Shown: positions 20,703-31,005 of the stretch, one piece after another
Layout: each line of letters opens with the position of its first letter
How positions within the stretch are numbered: the first letter of the stretch is position 1
Assembly (NCBI GenBank): GCA_963729625.1
Contig: CAVSOU010000005.1
Span: 12,302 to 76,301, forward strand
Source: an uncultured bacterium
GTDB lineage: Bacteria; Chloroflexota; UBA5177; JANWHV01
Direction: 5' to 3'
DNA: 64,000 nt
Position numbers and translations under genes: made by a program
Notes under the pieces: model-generated
The model's input: the letters and a program-made list of their open reading frames with translations, nothing else
What the model was told of the DNA's origin: nothing
Database searches by the model: none

Positions 20703-21478
20703 CCCCTTTCTTCTTTGGTGCTCGCGCAAATCCCCTATACGGCGTCTATCACGCCCCCAGAGCTTCCGTCGCCAAGAACTCTGCTGTACTTCTATGCGCC
20801 CCGGTTGGCATGGATTACATGTGCTGTCATCGCAGCCTTGTGTCGCTCGCATCGTCACTATCGGCTCTCGGCCATCATGTTTTGCGATTCGACTATCAGG
20901 GCACCGGAAATTCCGCTGGCACGATTTCTTCTGGACAATTCCTGCGCTGGATGCGCGACATAGACAGTGCCATCCTGGAATTGTTGGACCTGTCCGGCCC
21001 GGCGCGTATATCGGCTGTTGGCCTGGGTCTCGGCGCGCTTTTGGCAACTACCGCCTTGGCGACAGGTACTGCCTCCGTCGATCATCTCGTGTTGTGGAAT
21101 CCCGCGGTGTCTGGCGCAGCGTACCTGGCCGAGATTTCGGCACAAGACAGGGAGTTCTTTGGCCGGTCGAGGGATTCTCGCGCTCATCACGACGACCTGA
21201 TTGGCTTCCCGTTTCCCTCCGACCTGCGTCACAGCCTAGAACTGCTGGACTTGCGCCGAAACCTCCTTCCGCAACCCCCGACTGCAATCTCACTGGTCGC
21301 GTCGGAGAGAACTTCGGACTATCTGGAATTGGAGGCCGCGCTTTTTGCCAGATCGCCGCCTTCAACCATCGAGTTTGCTGCAGATCCAGCAGCTGCCGCC
21401 GCCGCAGAAGGGTTGAGCATTGAGAGCCTCGCAGATGCGGCTTTCGCCGCCGTGGTTTCCGTGGTGGACAGACAATGA
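20699..21478 (+). CDS. alpha/beta-hydrolase fold protein (candidate exosortase-A-associated hydrolase 2 type)
   Basis: MTPFFFGARANPLYGVYHAP...AVLLCAPVGMDY...HHVLRFDYQGTGNSAG...ISAVGLGLGALLA...LVLWNP. The start ATG overlaps the NRPS stop (ATGA). Confidence 0.7.
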   Translation: MTPFFFGARANPLYGVYHAPRASVAKNSAVLLCAPVGMDYMCCHRSLVSLASSLSALGHHVLRFDYQGTGNSAGTISSGQFLRWMRDIDSAILELLDLSGPARISAVGLGLGALLATTALATGTASVDHLVLWNPAVSGAAYLAEISAQDREFFGRSRDSRAHHDDLIGFPFPSDLRHSLELLDLRRNLLPQPPTAISLVASERTSDYLELEAALFARSPPSTIEFAADPAAAAAAEGLSIESLADAAFAAVVSVVDRQ

Positions 21479-22326
21479 GCGAAGTGGTCATTCGCTTCGG
21501 CAGAAGTCTTCATCTTTCTGGAATTCTCACGGAACCAGAAGGGGCCGATCAATCACTGCCGACCGTGGTTATTGTCAGTTGCGGGCGCACGCACCACGTG
21601 GGTCCGTACCGCCTGTATGTGAACCTGTCGCGTGCGCTTGCCGAGCGGGGGATACGAACGCTGCGTTTTGACGTGGGGAACACTGGAGACAGCCAGTGCG
21701 CATTGCCAGCCGAGCCGGATTCAGGCGGCCTCGGATACGACATCCAGGACGCCTTGGACCACTTGAGTCGAGGTGCACCTGAAGCCCGGTACATTCTTTT
21801 CGGTCTACTTTCGGCCGCGGATCTGGCCTTTGCCGCTGCCACGCGCGACAAGCGCGTCATTGGCGCGATCCTGGTGGACCCGAGCGGATACAGGACTTTC
21901 GGATACCACCTGCGTCGCAGCCTGCAGTGGGCGGTCGCGGCATCTTTCTTACGCCCAATCTTAACTCGGAAACCGAAGTCGACCTGGCAGCGCACCCACA
22001 TTGGCAGCCTGGATTCACAAAGGCCGGTACCGCACGAGCGCGACGCGACACAACGACAGATTCAAGAACTCATTAAACGCGGCGTTCGCCTCCTATATGT
22101 GTATGCCGGCCAGGGCCCTGAGGCAACGGTAAATCACGCCAGCCAGTTCTGGCGGATGTATCCGCAATTGCCGCGCGTTGGCGCCATCACTGTTTCCTGT
22201 TTTCCACGAGCTGACAACGGTTTCTCTAATAGAGAGGATAGAACCCAATTGAGTTTGCTGTGCGAACACTGGGTGCTGGTGACATTCGATAGTTATCGCG
22301 CTCATGTAATTCGCCCATCTGCCTAG
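21475..22326 (+). CDS. second, unrelated alpha/beta-hydrolase fold protein (candidate exosortase-A-associated hydrolase 1 type)
   Basis: 283-aa intact ORF: LSGILTEPEG...PTVVIVSCGRTHHVGPYRLYVNLSRALAERGIRTLRFDVGNTGDS...YILFGLLSAADLAF...AILVDPSGY. ATGA overlap with the preceding gene. Confidence 0.7.
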   Translation: MSEVVIRFGRSLHLSGILTEPEGADQSLPTVVIVSCGRTHHVGPYRLYVNLSRALAERGIRTLRFDVGNTGDSQCALPAEPDSGGLGYDIQDALDHLSRGAPEARYILFGLLSAADLAFAAATRDKRVIGAILVDPSGYRTFGYHLRRSLQWAVAASFLRPILTRKPKSTWQRTHIGSLDSQRPVPHERDATQRQIQELIKRGVRLLYVYAGQGPEATVNHASQFWRMYPQLPRVGAITVSCFPRADNGFSNREDRTQLSLLCEHWVLVTFDSYRAHVIRPSA

Positions 22327-22392
22327 ATGCTCGAATAGATTTCTTGCCTTGCGCTTAGCGTCTTTAAGCCAAATGGTGTATTTAGCCAAATC

Positions 22393-23378
22393 ATGAATTC
22401 AGGTTTTCGGCCATCCCGCCTATCAGATCTGCTGCAGATCAAGTTGCTTGGCATCAACGCGTTCAATGCGAGCGGAAACTCGCCGTTTATCGGCGATGAT
22501 GCGCTGCAATGGAAATATTGGCAGCATCGAGCTGATTTCGAGGCGCCCAGGAGTTTTGTAATTGAGCACCGGGGCCGCGTGGTCGCACATGCCGGCGTAT
22601 GGCCAATAACTCTCAACGGCGAGCGCGGCGCACACATCATCGACTGGATGGCGGCGATAGATGCCCCGGCGCCGGCGTCTCTTTGCATCAGGCCATACAG
22701 AGCCGTTTTGATTTTCTGTATTCCATCGGCGGCGCTCAAGAGGCTCTTGATATTTTGCCGGCGCTTGGCTTTTCCGCCGTCGGCACCGCCTATACATGGG
22801 CCCGTCCATTGCGTCCGCTCCGGCAAATGTTCCACCACCAACGGCGCAATTGGCGACTTGCACCCAGATATCTTCGCAATCTCTGGCTTGCGAATATTCC
22901 TCCCAGAGCGGCTGTCACAAACTGGTCGACATCGCTTGCGACTGAATACGCGACCCCTCAACGGGAAGCTGGCTTCTTTGCTTACCTTGGTGTTTGCAGT
23001 GAAGCCAAGGTTCTTACCTTTAGGATTCTAAACAAGGGTCGTGACGAAGGCTGCATCACCTTGGCCACAGCGTCACTTCAAGCAAGGATTGCCGGAATTT
23101 GGCTTAGGGACCCATCGGTTCAAAATTGGAGCGTAGCTCTGGCTCTGGCAGAGACAATGGCAGTCGAGCACACGAACGCCTGCGAGATACTTTTTCGAGG
23201 TTCGTGCGAGAACAGTGTACTGGCGGCAAAGTCAGCGGGGATGCTTCTGGTCCGGAAAGAAGAAGTTGCCGTTCGCCGAAGCAACGGCTCTGTGCATCCA
23301 GTTCCAATTAGTGATCAGCTGTGGGACAACGACGCGTTCTTCCTGTCAGCAGGAAGGCGGCCGGAATTTGCCACTTAA
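22393..23378 (+). pseudogene. GNAT/FemAB-like acyltransferase-fold protein, one frameshift near 22665
   Basis: ORFs 22393-23031 and 22599-23378 join as ...FVIEHRGRVVAHAGVWPITLNGERGAHIIDWMAAIDAPGAGVSLHQAIQSRFDFLYSIGGAQEALDILPALGF... The family call is weak and rests on length, pattern and position beside a NodB deacetylase. Confidence 0.45.
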
Positions 23379-23448
23379 TGCGCCACCCCTTTTGCCAGAA
23401 AAGGGATTACGGCCGCCGGAAATCCCCGCGAAATTCCAGACCAGTCAT

Positions 23449-24273
23449 TAAGCCGCAGTCAGAGTCTTACCCATAAGCAGCTCGGCGCCAAACTGGTGTG
23501 GGTCACAATGCCATTCTGCGATTCCGATTCGTCGAATCTCGTATCGATCGTGTCATTGGTATTTGTGCCTCCGTGGCAGGACGCACAACACACAAAGCCG
23601 GCCTCGCGAACCAGCTGTCGGGAGACGGCATTGATGTTTCTTCGCCCCCCAAACGGATACGCAAACAGATCTATCGGCTTACCCACGACTCTCTCAAGAA
23701 CCTCTCGCGAGGACTTAAGCTCCGCCTGAATGAGCTCTGGGGATGCCACGCCCATATCGAGATGTGAAGCTGTGTGACAGCCGATTTCAAAGCCCTGCCG
23801 GGACAGTTCCTGCACTTGATTCCAAGTCATCCAACTCTGCGGCTTCAGTAGCCCTCGATCCCAAGGAGGAACAACTGCCCCCCCAACGAAACCCGTCGTA
23901 AGAAAAAAGGTAGCGGGCGGACCGTGCTGCGAAGAATTGGAGCAGCCACCTCGAAATTATCCAGGTAGCCGTCATCAAACGTAATTGAAAGCGTACCCCC
24001 CATGTCCTGGCCGTCTCGTAGTCCTCTCACCTGCTCCGAGAAAGGCAGAACGCGGAAGTGCTTACGAAAAAACAGGCAGAACGCATCGAACTTTTCAGAC
24101 GAACACGTCAGACCATCTTCCGGAATGGAATCGTTGACTCGGTGGAAAGCCGTAACGGTCACGAGCGACCCGAAGCCACGCTCATACAGGCCGGTGACCG
24201 AAGCCACCTTTCCCACTGCCGTCTTTATGCTTTTGTTGAACTTCAACATCTCTGAGCAATGCCCGGGAGACAA
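23449..24273 (-). pseudogene. NodB-type polysaccharide deacetylase, frameshifted (near 23830-23900 and possibly near the 3' end)
   Basis: VTAFHRVND..., LSITFDDGYLDNFEVAAPIL, then in another frame WMTWNQVQELSRQGFEIGCHTASHLDMG...REVLERVVGKPIDLFAYPFG. Alternative 3' frame ...WHCDPHQFGAELLMGKTLTAA stops at 23449. Confidence 0.7.
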
Positions 24274-24341
24274 AGGATGAGTCTACAGGATGAACTCCGA
24301 AAGCCCAGCGCAAATACCGCCCGCTAACGACCCAATTGGGG

Positions 24342-25420
24342 CTAATGCCTCGCAAATTTCATCATTTTAGGTCGGCGAGAACCGACGGCACGCAGGCAAT
24401 ACCCTACCGGCCGATGACGACAATGTCCATATGCGAGCTCTGGTGGTGCTTTGGCCCACCATTCACATGGTCTTCTATGAAAGGACTTGAGGCAAGAGAC
24501 AGTATATGTCCAGCGCCAATCGAGTCCAGCTTGTGATCCGTCCACGGAGGTTACTACCCACAATCGATAGGTGCCGTCCCTACTGCCTAGACCATTCAAC
24601 TTAAACGGGGGCTCGACGCCCAAGCACCCACCCACATTTACCGGTGCCCCAAAGTCTGTCCGTACAGCTCGGTGACCCCGGAATATGAAATGCCCGAAAT
24701 CGTTGTATCTTGTAATTAATGCAACGTTACCCGATACACCACACATTGGGTCCGTCCACAGCCCAAACCATGAACGCTGTCCTTCCAAACCGGACGGACG
24801 ACCACTTCCGACATAATCTTGCTGCCAGATACCAGGGCTCTTGAGGTCTTCGAACCATTGCCCACGCAGCCCCTTTTTTCGATTGCATATAGCGATACCA
24901 GCAGGGTACATGACGCTTTTGATGCGTGCACAGCTGCGCACTTAATGGTGTTGGGCCGAAGCCGATCTTTGCGGCGCCGCATTGCCTCTTTCCCGACGTG
25001 TAGCTTGCCTTGCGTGCGACCCTCCACGACTGAAATCCAATGACTAAATCCGCAGCGCGCTCCCGCACGGGCCAACTCAAGACATTTCGTTGCAAGCAGA
25101 GCATTCGACCTGAAGTCATCGCGCCAGATGCTGCGTGGCTAGCGCCTTTCCCACCCAGGCCACTTGGGGCCACCAATAGCTCCTCAGCCTGATCGAGATA
25201 TCGCTATCACCAGTGCCCTCAAACAGAGAACTGGCACGGGTAACGTCAGGAATCCCATCCTCCACAATGAGGCGCCATATTGCGAACACGCACGAGTCCG
25301 CATCGATGTGACGCGGGCCGCCGCGCGACCGCGAGAGGCGACTTGCGTGCCGCTATGAAATGACCAAATGTATATACTCCATGGTTCCCATCTGTAATGG
25401 AACTCTTTGAGTTTCGCCAT
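24342..25420 (-). pseudogene. FGE-sulfatase (SUMF1/EgtB/PvdO) domain protein, heavily frameshifted; boundaries approximate
   Basis: Scattered over three frames: VIGFQSWRVARKASYTSGKR (compare PV.GVSW.DA.AY..W.GKRLP), VMYPAGIAICN, DYVGSGRPSG...SWFGLWTDPMCGVSGNV (compare PVGS.P.G.S.FGL.DM.GNV), IFRGH, RDGTYRLWVV (compare GFRVV). Confidence 0.4.
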
Positions 25421-26574
25421 GCAAAGCTCTCCACGCCCCCGTCTCCTAGAAGTGCTTTACTCTTTCAATGTCGGTGGTTCCGAGCTTCTCGGCTTAGAGC
25501 TGGCCAGCCAGCTTCAAGAGAGCGGAATTGATGTTCTCTGCACGGCGCTGCAGGGCATTTCCGGCCCGCTTGCTCATAGGTGCATCGCTCGCGGCATCGA
25601 AATCGTTGACCTAGGACTACCAAAACACGGGTTGTTCACTCGCAATGGGCTTAGTTTAGATTTAATTCGGCGCCTGAGAGAGCTGGAATTGGATGCCATC
25701 CACCTGCAGCACTTCCTCGGCCTCAACAAGATGGGACTTGCAGCAAACATTGCCGGAATACCTCGAGTTGTTGTTACGGAGCATTCATTGCTCGACGTGA
25801 GCCAGTCATTCGCGGGGAAGCTTCGCATTCGCCTAAACTGGCGTTTGGCTGACACGATAACGACCATTCACCCGCAGATAACCGACTATCTAATATCCAA
25901 GCTAGGCGTGAAGTCCGAGCGGGTGATCACCGTGCCGGTCGGCATAGAAGTGCAACGGTGGCACCGTACAGACCGGGCAGAACGACGTTTGGACTTCGGT
26001 TATGGCGCCGAGGACTTTGTATTTGCGTTCGTCGGCCGATTCGCTGCTGTAAAGAATGTCCCCGGCCTCGTCGAGGCATTTCTGAATATCAGTCGCGTAC
26101 TCCGTTGCCGTCTCGTCTCGTGCTGGTTGGCGACGGCGCCGACATGCAACCTGTTTTAGAATTGCGGACCGTCATCCAGCAGGTTCACGCATACGATTTG
26201 CCGGTGAGCTTGACGATGCGCGTCCGGTGTTGGCTGCCGCAGATGCATTCGTGATGAATTCAATTCCGGAAGGCACGCCCCGCTCGTTATTGGAGGCCAT
26301 GGCCATGGGTCTGCCCTGCGTCTGCCCCGCGGTCGGCGGCATCCCTTCAATACTGGCGTCTCGCGGCTGGTTATTTCCGAGCCAAGATTCTGTAGCGTTA
26401 ATCGATGCCCTCTTGGCAGTTTCGCGAAATCCAGCCGAGTCGCGTCTAATCCGGGGAACGTGGCCGTGATTTCGTTGTAGATAACTCGACTCCCGGAGGA
26501 TTTGTGATCAATATCGTTCGCTGCTCTTCCCCGGTATCTCTAATGATTTTGCACAACGACGTGGGGATGTCTAA
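25419..26574 (+). pseudogene. GT4-family glycosyltransferase, 3 or more frameshifts
   Basis: PRLLEVLYSFNVGGSELLGLELASQL..., FVFAFVGRFAAVKNVPGLVEAF, RLVLVGDGADM, AADAFVMNSIPEGTPRSLLEAMAMGLPCVCPAVGGIPSIL (E-x7-E region) and C-terminal ICDQYRSLLF lie in different frames. Confidence 0.7.
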
Positions 26575-27674
26575 ATGGTATCGAGCGACCTAAAAACCTG
26601 CCTCCATATCATTAGCACTGGCGGCTTCTACGGCGCGGAGCGCGCCGTGATAGAGATTTCCGCGTACATGGCCGAGCACGGGTGGCGGCCACACATCGTG
26701 GCGCTTGAGGGTAGAGGCGCCTCGGTGCTCGTCGAGCGCGCGCACGCAATGGGTCTGTTGGCAGACTCGTTTGGCGCGGATCGCATTGGGCTTTTCGAAA
26801 TGCGTCGGCGACTCGCTGCCATCGCCGGACGCTATTCTGAGCGGGATCATTCATTCACACGGCTACAAACCGGACATTCTCTTAGCACTCTCGTCCTTCT
26901 CACGTCAGTGGGTCCGATTTTCCACTTGTCACACCTGGTATAGCGATACTTGGCGCATGGAACTTTGGGATACATCGACAAACGTGTGCTTCGAACGTTT
27001 GATTGTGTGGTGCCCGTCTCGGGTTTCTTGGAGCGGGAGTTGCTTGAGAGTGGCGTTTCTGCGGACCGAATTGTCCGCATTGATAATGGCATTGATGCTC
27101 CGCCCAGGAGCCCGGCCGATGGCATTGCCATACGTCAGGAGCTCGGACTGTCGGCGGACGATGCCCTAATTGTCCAGATTGGGCGGCTCGCCAAGTCTAA
27201 ACGAAATGATCTATTGATTGAGGCGCTCACCCATCTGCCCAATTTTCCACGCCTTCATATCGCGCTCGTAGGAGACGGGGAGCAACGTGGACTTCACAAA
27301 TGGTTCATCACGAACGTCTCGATGGTCGCGTGCACTTTATGGGTTATCCGCCGCATGCCAATAGGTTTTTGAGTGCTGCCGATATATTGGCGATCACGTC
27401 AGATCACGAAGGACTTCCGATTGTTCTACTCGAAGCTATGGCAGCCCATTGTCCGGTAGTTTCGACCGATGTTGGTGCGATCGGTGATGTGCTTAAGAAC
27501 GGGGAAAGCGCTTGGCTAGTACCGCCCAACAACGTTGAAAGCCTGGCGGCGTCACTTTCTGAGGCACTAGCAAGTCCCGCAGAGGCGATACGTCGCGCAA
27601 CGCGGGCTCGAGCAGTGTTCGAGCTCAAGAACTCACGAACGTCCATGGGTTCTCACGTATCTTTCTCTATATGA
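26575..27674 (+). pseudogene. GT4-family glycosyltransferase, several frameshifts
   Basis: LHIISTGGFYGAERAVIEI..., IIHSHGYKPDILL, VVPVSGFLERELLESGVSADRIVRIDNGID, LIVQIGRLAKSKRNDLLIEA...HIALVGDGEQR, VHFMGY...ADILAITSDHEGLPIVLLEAMAAHCPVVSTDVGAIGDVL. Four overlapping ORF fragments. Confidence 0.7.
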
Positions 27675-27789
27675 GCAGGCTTGGAATCTTCGCTATAAAG
27701 ATGCGGGGAAGCACTAACGGGCTCTCGCTTCGCGCGCCTTCGCGAACCAAACGTTCCTCCTGTCAATTCAATGTTGAATACACCAGTTT

Positions 27790-28745
27790 TCGCGATTGGT
27801 GGAGGGCGAGCCTTGCAGATCAATAAATTCTTATCGGTTTGCGGTCGTGAACAACCGATGGATCAATAACGGAGCAATCCGCCAACTAGAGCAGGTCAAT
27901 TGTAAACGCTCGATCTTGTTTCCCCGACTTCCTTGGGCCAAGACGGCCCAGAATTTCGAGGCGTTTCCACCTAGGAACATGAAGGCAGCCCCGTCGACTG
28001 CGCATCGCAATTGGCAGGGACACCAGGGCCCCAGCGCTGCGACTGACCTAGGATTCTCATGGCGAACGCCTTGATTGACCCTTAACCAACCCCTGACACC
28101 GGCCGATCTAGTCCCGATATGCCCAGCCTCGCCCAGATGCTGGCCCAGCACTCTGCCAGCATCGCCGACGATCGTCCCGTCAACACAGACGAGCAGCAGA
28201 CTGCCCGCTGTCGCTGCCACCTAGGCCATCGGCGCTGCACCGGCCCTGTCATGTCCTATCGCGCCAGCGATTCCGCAGACACATCCGTTGGTACTGCTAT
28301 GTATGCGATGGGCGCGGTCTCATCCGCGGGTGGAACAGGACGCTCCAGGACGGCTACGCGCCAACCAGGCAGATCGCTTAACACTGCGTAAATCACGCGG
28401 TTACCCTGATTACCGACCTATCGGCTGCGGGTAACCGCGGCGTGCAGCACGTGATGACCGATAACCGCGTCCCGCACCGTTCCAAGGCGTTCAAATGCCT
28501 CCTTCGCGGACCGCGACATCCGCGCCCTGCGAGCCGCCGTACACGCCCAATACCACGGCGATGCCGGGCGCTCTCCGGACCTACCTGATGAGTGGGCCAG
28601 TACCGCGGCCTACCGGCGCTCAGAGCGGCGGAGCCAGGCACAGAAGGCCTGGACCCGACACTGCAACCGCGACCGTCCGCACTCCACGCTAGCCCCAGCC
28701 ACCCGCCGTAAAATTCGGTCTGGATGGGAAAACCTACTAAACATC
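27790..28745 (+). mobile_element. decayed IS481-family transposase remnant (rve/DDE), boundaries approximate
   Basis: Frame-hopping matches to the IS481 core: ...GHR..G..., VQHVMTDN...RSKAFK, (T)RPYTPNT(NGKAERF)..TLL.EW read as EPPYTPNTTAMPGALRTYLMS, and C-terminal HCNRDRPHSTL. No intact ORF. Confidence 0.5.
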
Positions 28746-28749
28746 ACAA

Positions 28750-30311
28750 CTAGGTCACCTGCAACAGGGCGGGCGGCAGAGGCGCCACAGACGCAAAATT
28801 GCAGCCAATCCGCGTTGGCGGAGAAGCACCGCCCCATGCGCCCATGTCGCAAGCAGCGCCGCTGCTCACGCCGCCAACTCTCCCAGGACTGGAACTAGTT
28901 GCGCTACCTGCCGTACCTGCTACCAATGCGTAGCCAGCGGGATTAAGCGACGTGGCACTCAATGTGGGCTTCACGAAAGTTGGTTCGAGGGCCACTGAAT
29001 GCGTGTCAAACCCGAGTGCGCTCTGGGCTTGAGATAGCGTGTAGGAGCTAGACGGTGTGCCAATATTGCTGGTCGGCGCCAGGGTCAAGTACTTGCCGTT
29101 TGCCGCAACCACACCGTAGAGGTTGTAGTCCGATTGCAGGATGGAATTCGCCACCAACCCCAAGATACCCTGATACCCCAGCGACCCACTGCTTAGGTGA
29201 TATACATTGTTGTAGTTCGTGACCATCGCGCCGGGCGAGGTCACGTACCTGCGGCAGGATAGTAGATTCCTTGACCACCAGGACCGAAAACGAATGTGTT
29301 GTTGTAGAAGACGAGATTCTGCGACGAGAGCGTGTTCGACAAACTCCCATCCCATCCATTCGCGTTGGGGCAGAGCATGACGTTATTGTGGACGGTCAGC
29401 GTATCGCCCGCCATCTTGCCACCAGAAGCCCCGTGGACTGCGTTCTGCGGATACAAACCCGCTGACTCGATATAGTTATATCGCCAAGTGTGGTTTCCGT
29501 TCGGATAGTACTTGTCGAAGATCCCATTATTGCAATCGTAGATCGTATTGTATTCATATACATTCGAACGGCAATAATATGAAAAGATGCCCGCGACATC
29601 ATCCGGGTTCTGGCCATTAGTCGGTGGCTGAACGCCATGAAACCTGTTGTTGTGAATCCAGGCACCGGTGTAGCCCTGCATGAAGATAGCGGCCACGTTG
29701 TCATTGTCGGTGCCGCCGATGTCGTAGACCTCGCAGTTACGTACTTCAAGTCCCGTCGCGCCGCCTTCGACCCCCGCGCCACCACTCACCCCGCTTGGGC
29801 CAGCGAGATAGAACGCGAAGCCGTACTGATAGGCTCGGGTTATATATAGCCCATCGATAATGACGTTCCCCAAGTTAGGTGGACTTTTCGTATATTGCCC
29901 CTGCCCAATGATTCCACACTCGGTCGTTGGATACCCTCCTCCCGAAGGATTCGCAGCGGTCAAAATGGCGGCACGCGGAGTCGTAGATTGGATGAGTGTG
30001 GGGGAGGCCGATGTCCCGCCATTAACCGACAACGCAGGCTGATTAAATGAACCCGCTTGGCACAACGAATAAACGTTGTATGTGCCCGGAAGAATGCCTA
30101 CCGCCTTCCCGGCATATGTGCTCCACTTTGAGTTTATCGCCGTGATCGACCAGGGACTAGCAAGCGTTCCCGGGTTGGAATCCGAACCTGTAGGCGAAAT
30201 ATAGAAATCGTAGCTCGTAGACTGAGCAGAAGCTGTACGAATAAGTCCTGGTACTGCCGTGGCCAGAATGGCGCAACCGCCTTGTTTCAGCAGCGTTCGT
30301 CGTGTGAACAT
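28750..30311 (-). pseudogene. Tat-signal secreted right-handed beta-helix protein (pectate-lyase/polysaccharide-depolymerase-like), one frameshift near 29250-29355
   Basis: MFTRRTLLKQGGCAILATAVPGLIRTASAQS (twin-arginine signal), SPTGSDSNPGTLASPW, repeated ...NN.F...N.I.D.. turns (VRNCEVYDIGG, IHNNRFHG, YEYNTIYDCNNGIF, VHNNVML, FYNNTFVF). The C-terminal 200 aa are in another frame. Confidence 0.65.
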
Positions 30312-31005
30312 GCGTGTAATTCCTCGCTAGAGCAAGTGCCCGTGTCCGGCAAATTCGTCCCGGGCGGTGGGGCCTGTGATTGAAGACAGCGTACCCTATG
30401 GACCATGATTGTCACCCGATGGCAAGATTCAGCTCCATTGCGCCGTCGGGATGGTTCGTTCCTGGCGTCTCGTGGACGCCGAGGAGTGATTGCCTAATGT
30501 ACCGTCGGTACGAGTGGATTGGGAGTCGCCCCGGTCGGTCCCGAGCATCAGCCCGGGCGAGCTGGCGAGCGTGATTCACCACCAACTGTGCGCCACAATT
30601 ACGTCGCATACCAACGCCTGGAAAACGATAAGCGCGGCCCCACCAGGGCGCAAGCTGTCTCCCGATCACGACAGCGATTACCTTGTACGCGCTAAACACG
30701 GCGTGGAATGGCCGGATTGTGTTGCCGCGCATCGTCGACCGATAGCGAATGTCATAAGTGAAATTGGGACGCGTTTCTCGTCTGCCCGGCTACGAGAAGC
30801 CCCTATGGGCGATTCGCTCGGAGTTTACGGCATGTGGCGCTTCCGCCGGCCAACTGGACTCCTTGTCCTGGTTGCTTTTGGAGGGCCGCTAGCGCCGCGG
30901 TCGCTGCAGGCGATCCGGCGTCAATGCAGTCAGACGTCCCAACGCCCTCCGCTACGGTGTTCTTTGGAGGCTGGGCTCGTCTGGCTGGCCTTCGGCAGGA
31001 CCGGG

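Noticed and set aside
28381-28450. 12-bp inverted repeat cgcggttaccc...gggtaaccgcg with a loop of about 22 nt
   Set aside because: It lies inside the decayed IS481-like coding region, with no terminator or IR context. Probably fortuitous.
30380-31005. ORFs 30490-31122 (+, 210 aa) and 30412-30732 (-, 106 aa) between the beta-helix gene and the GtrA domain
   Set aside because: No recognisable motifs in any frame. The plus ORF runs antisense into the GtrA coding region. Left unannotated.
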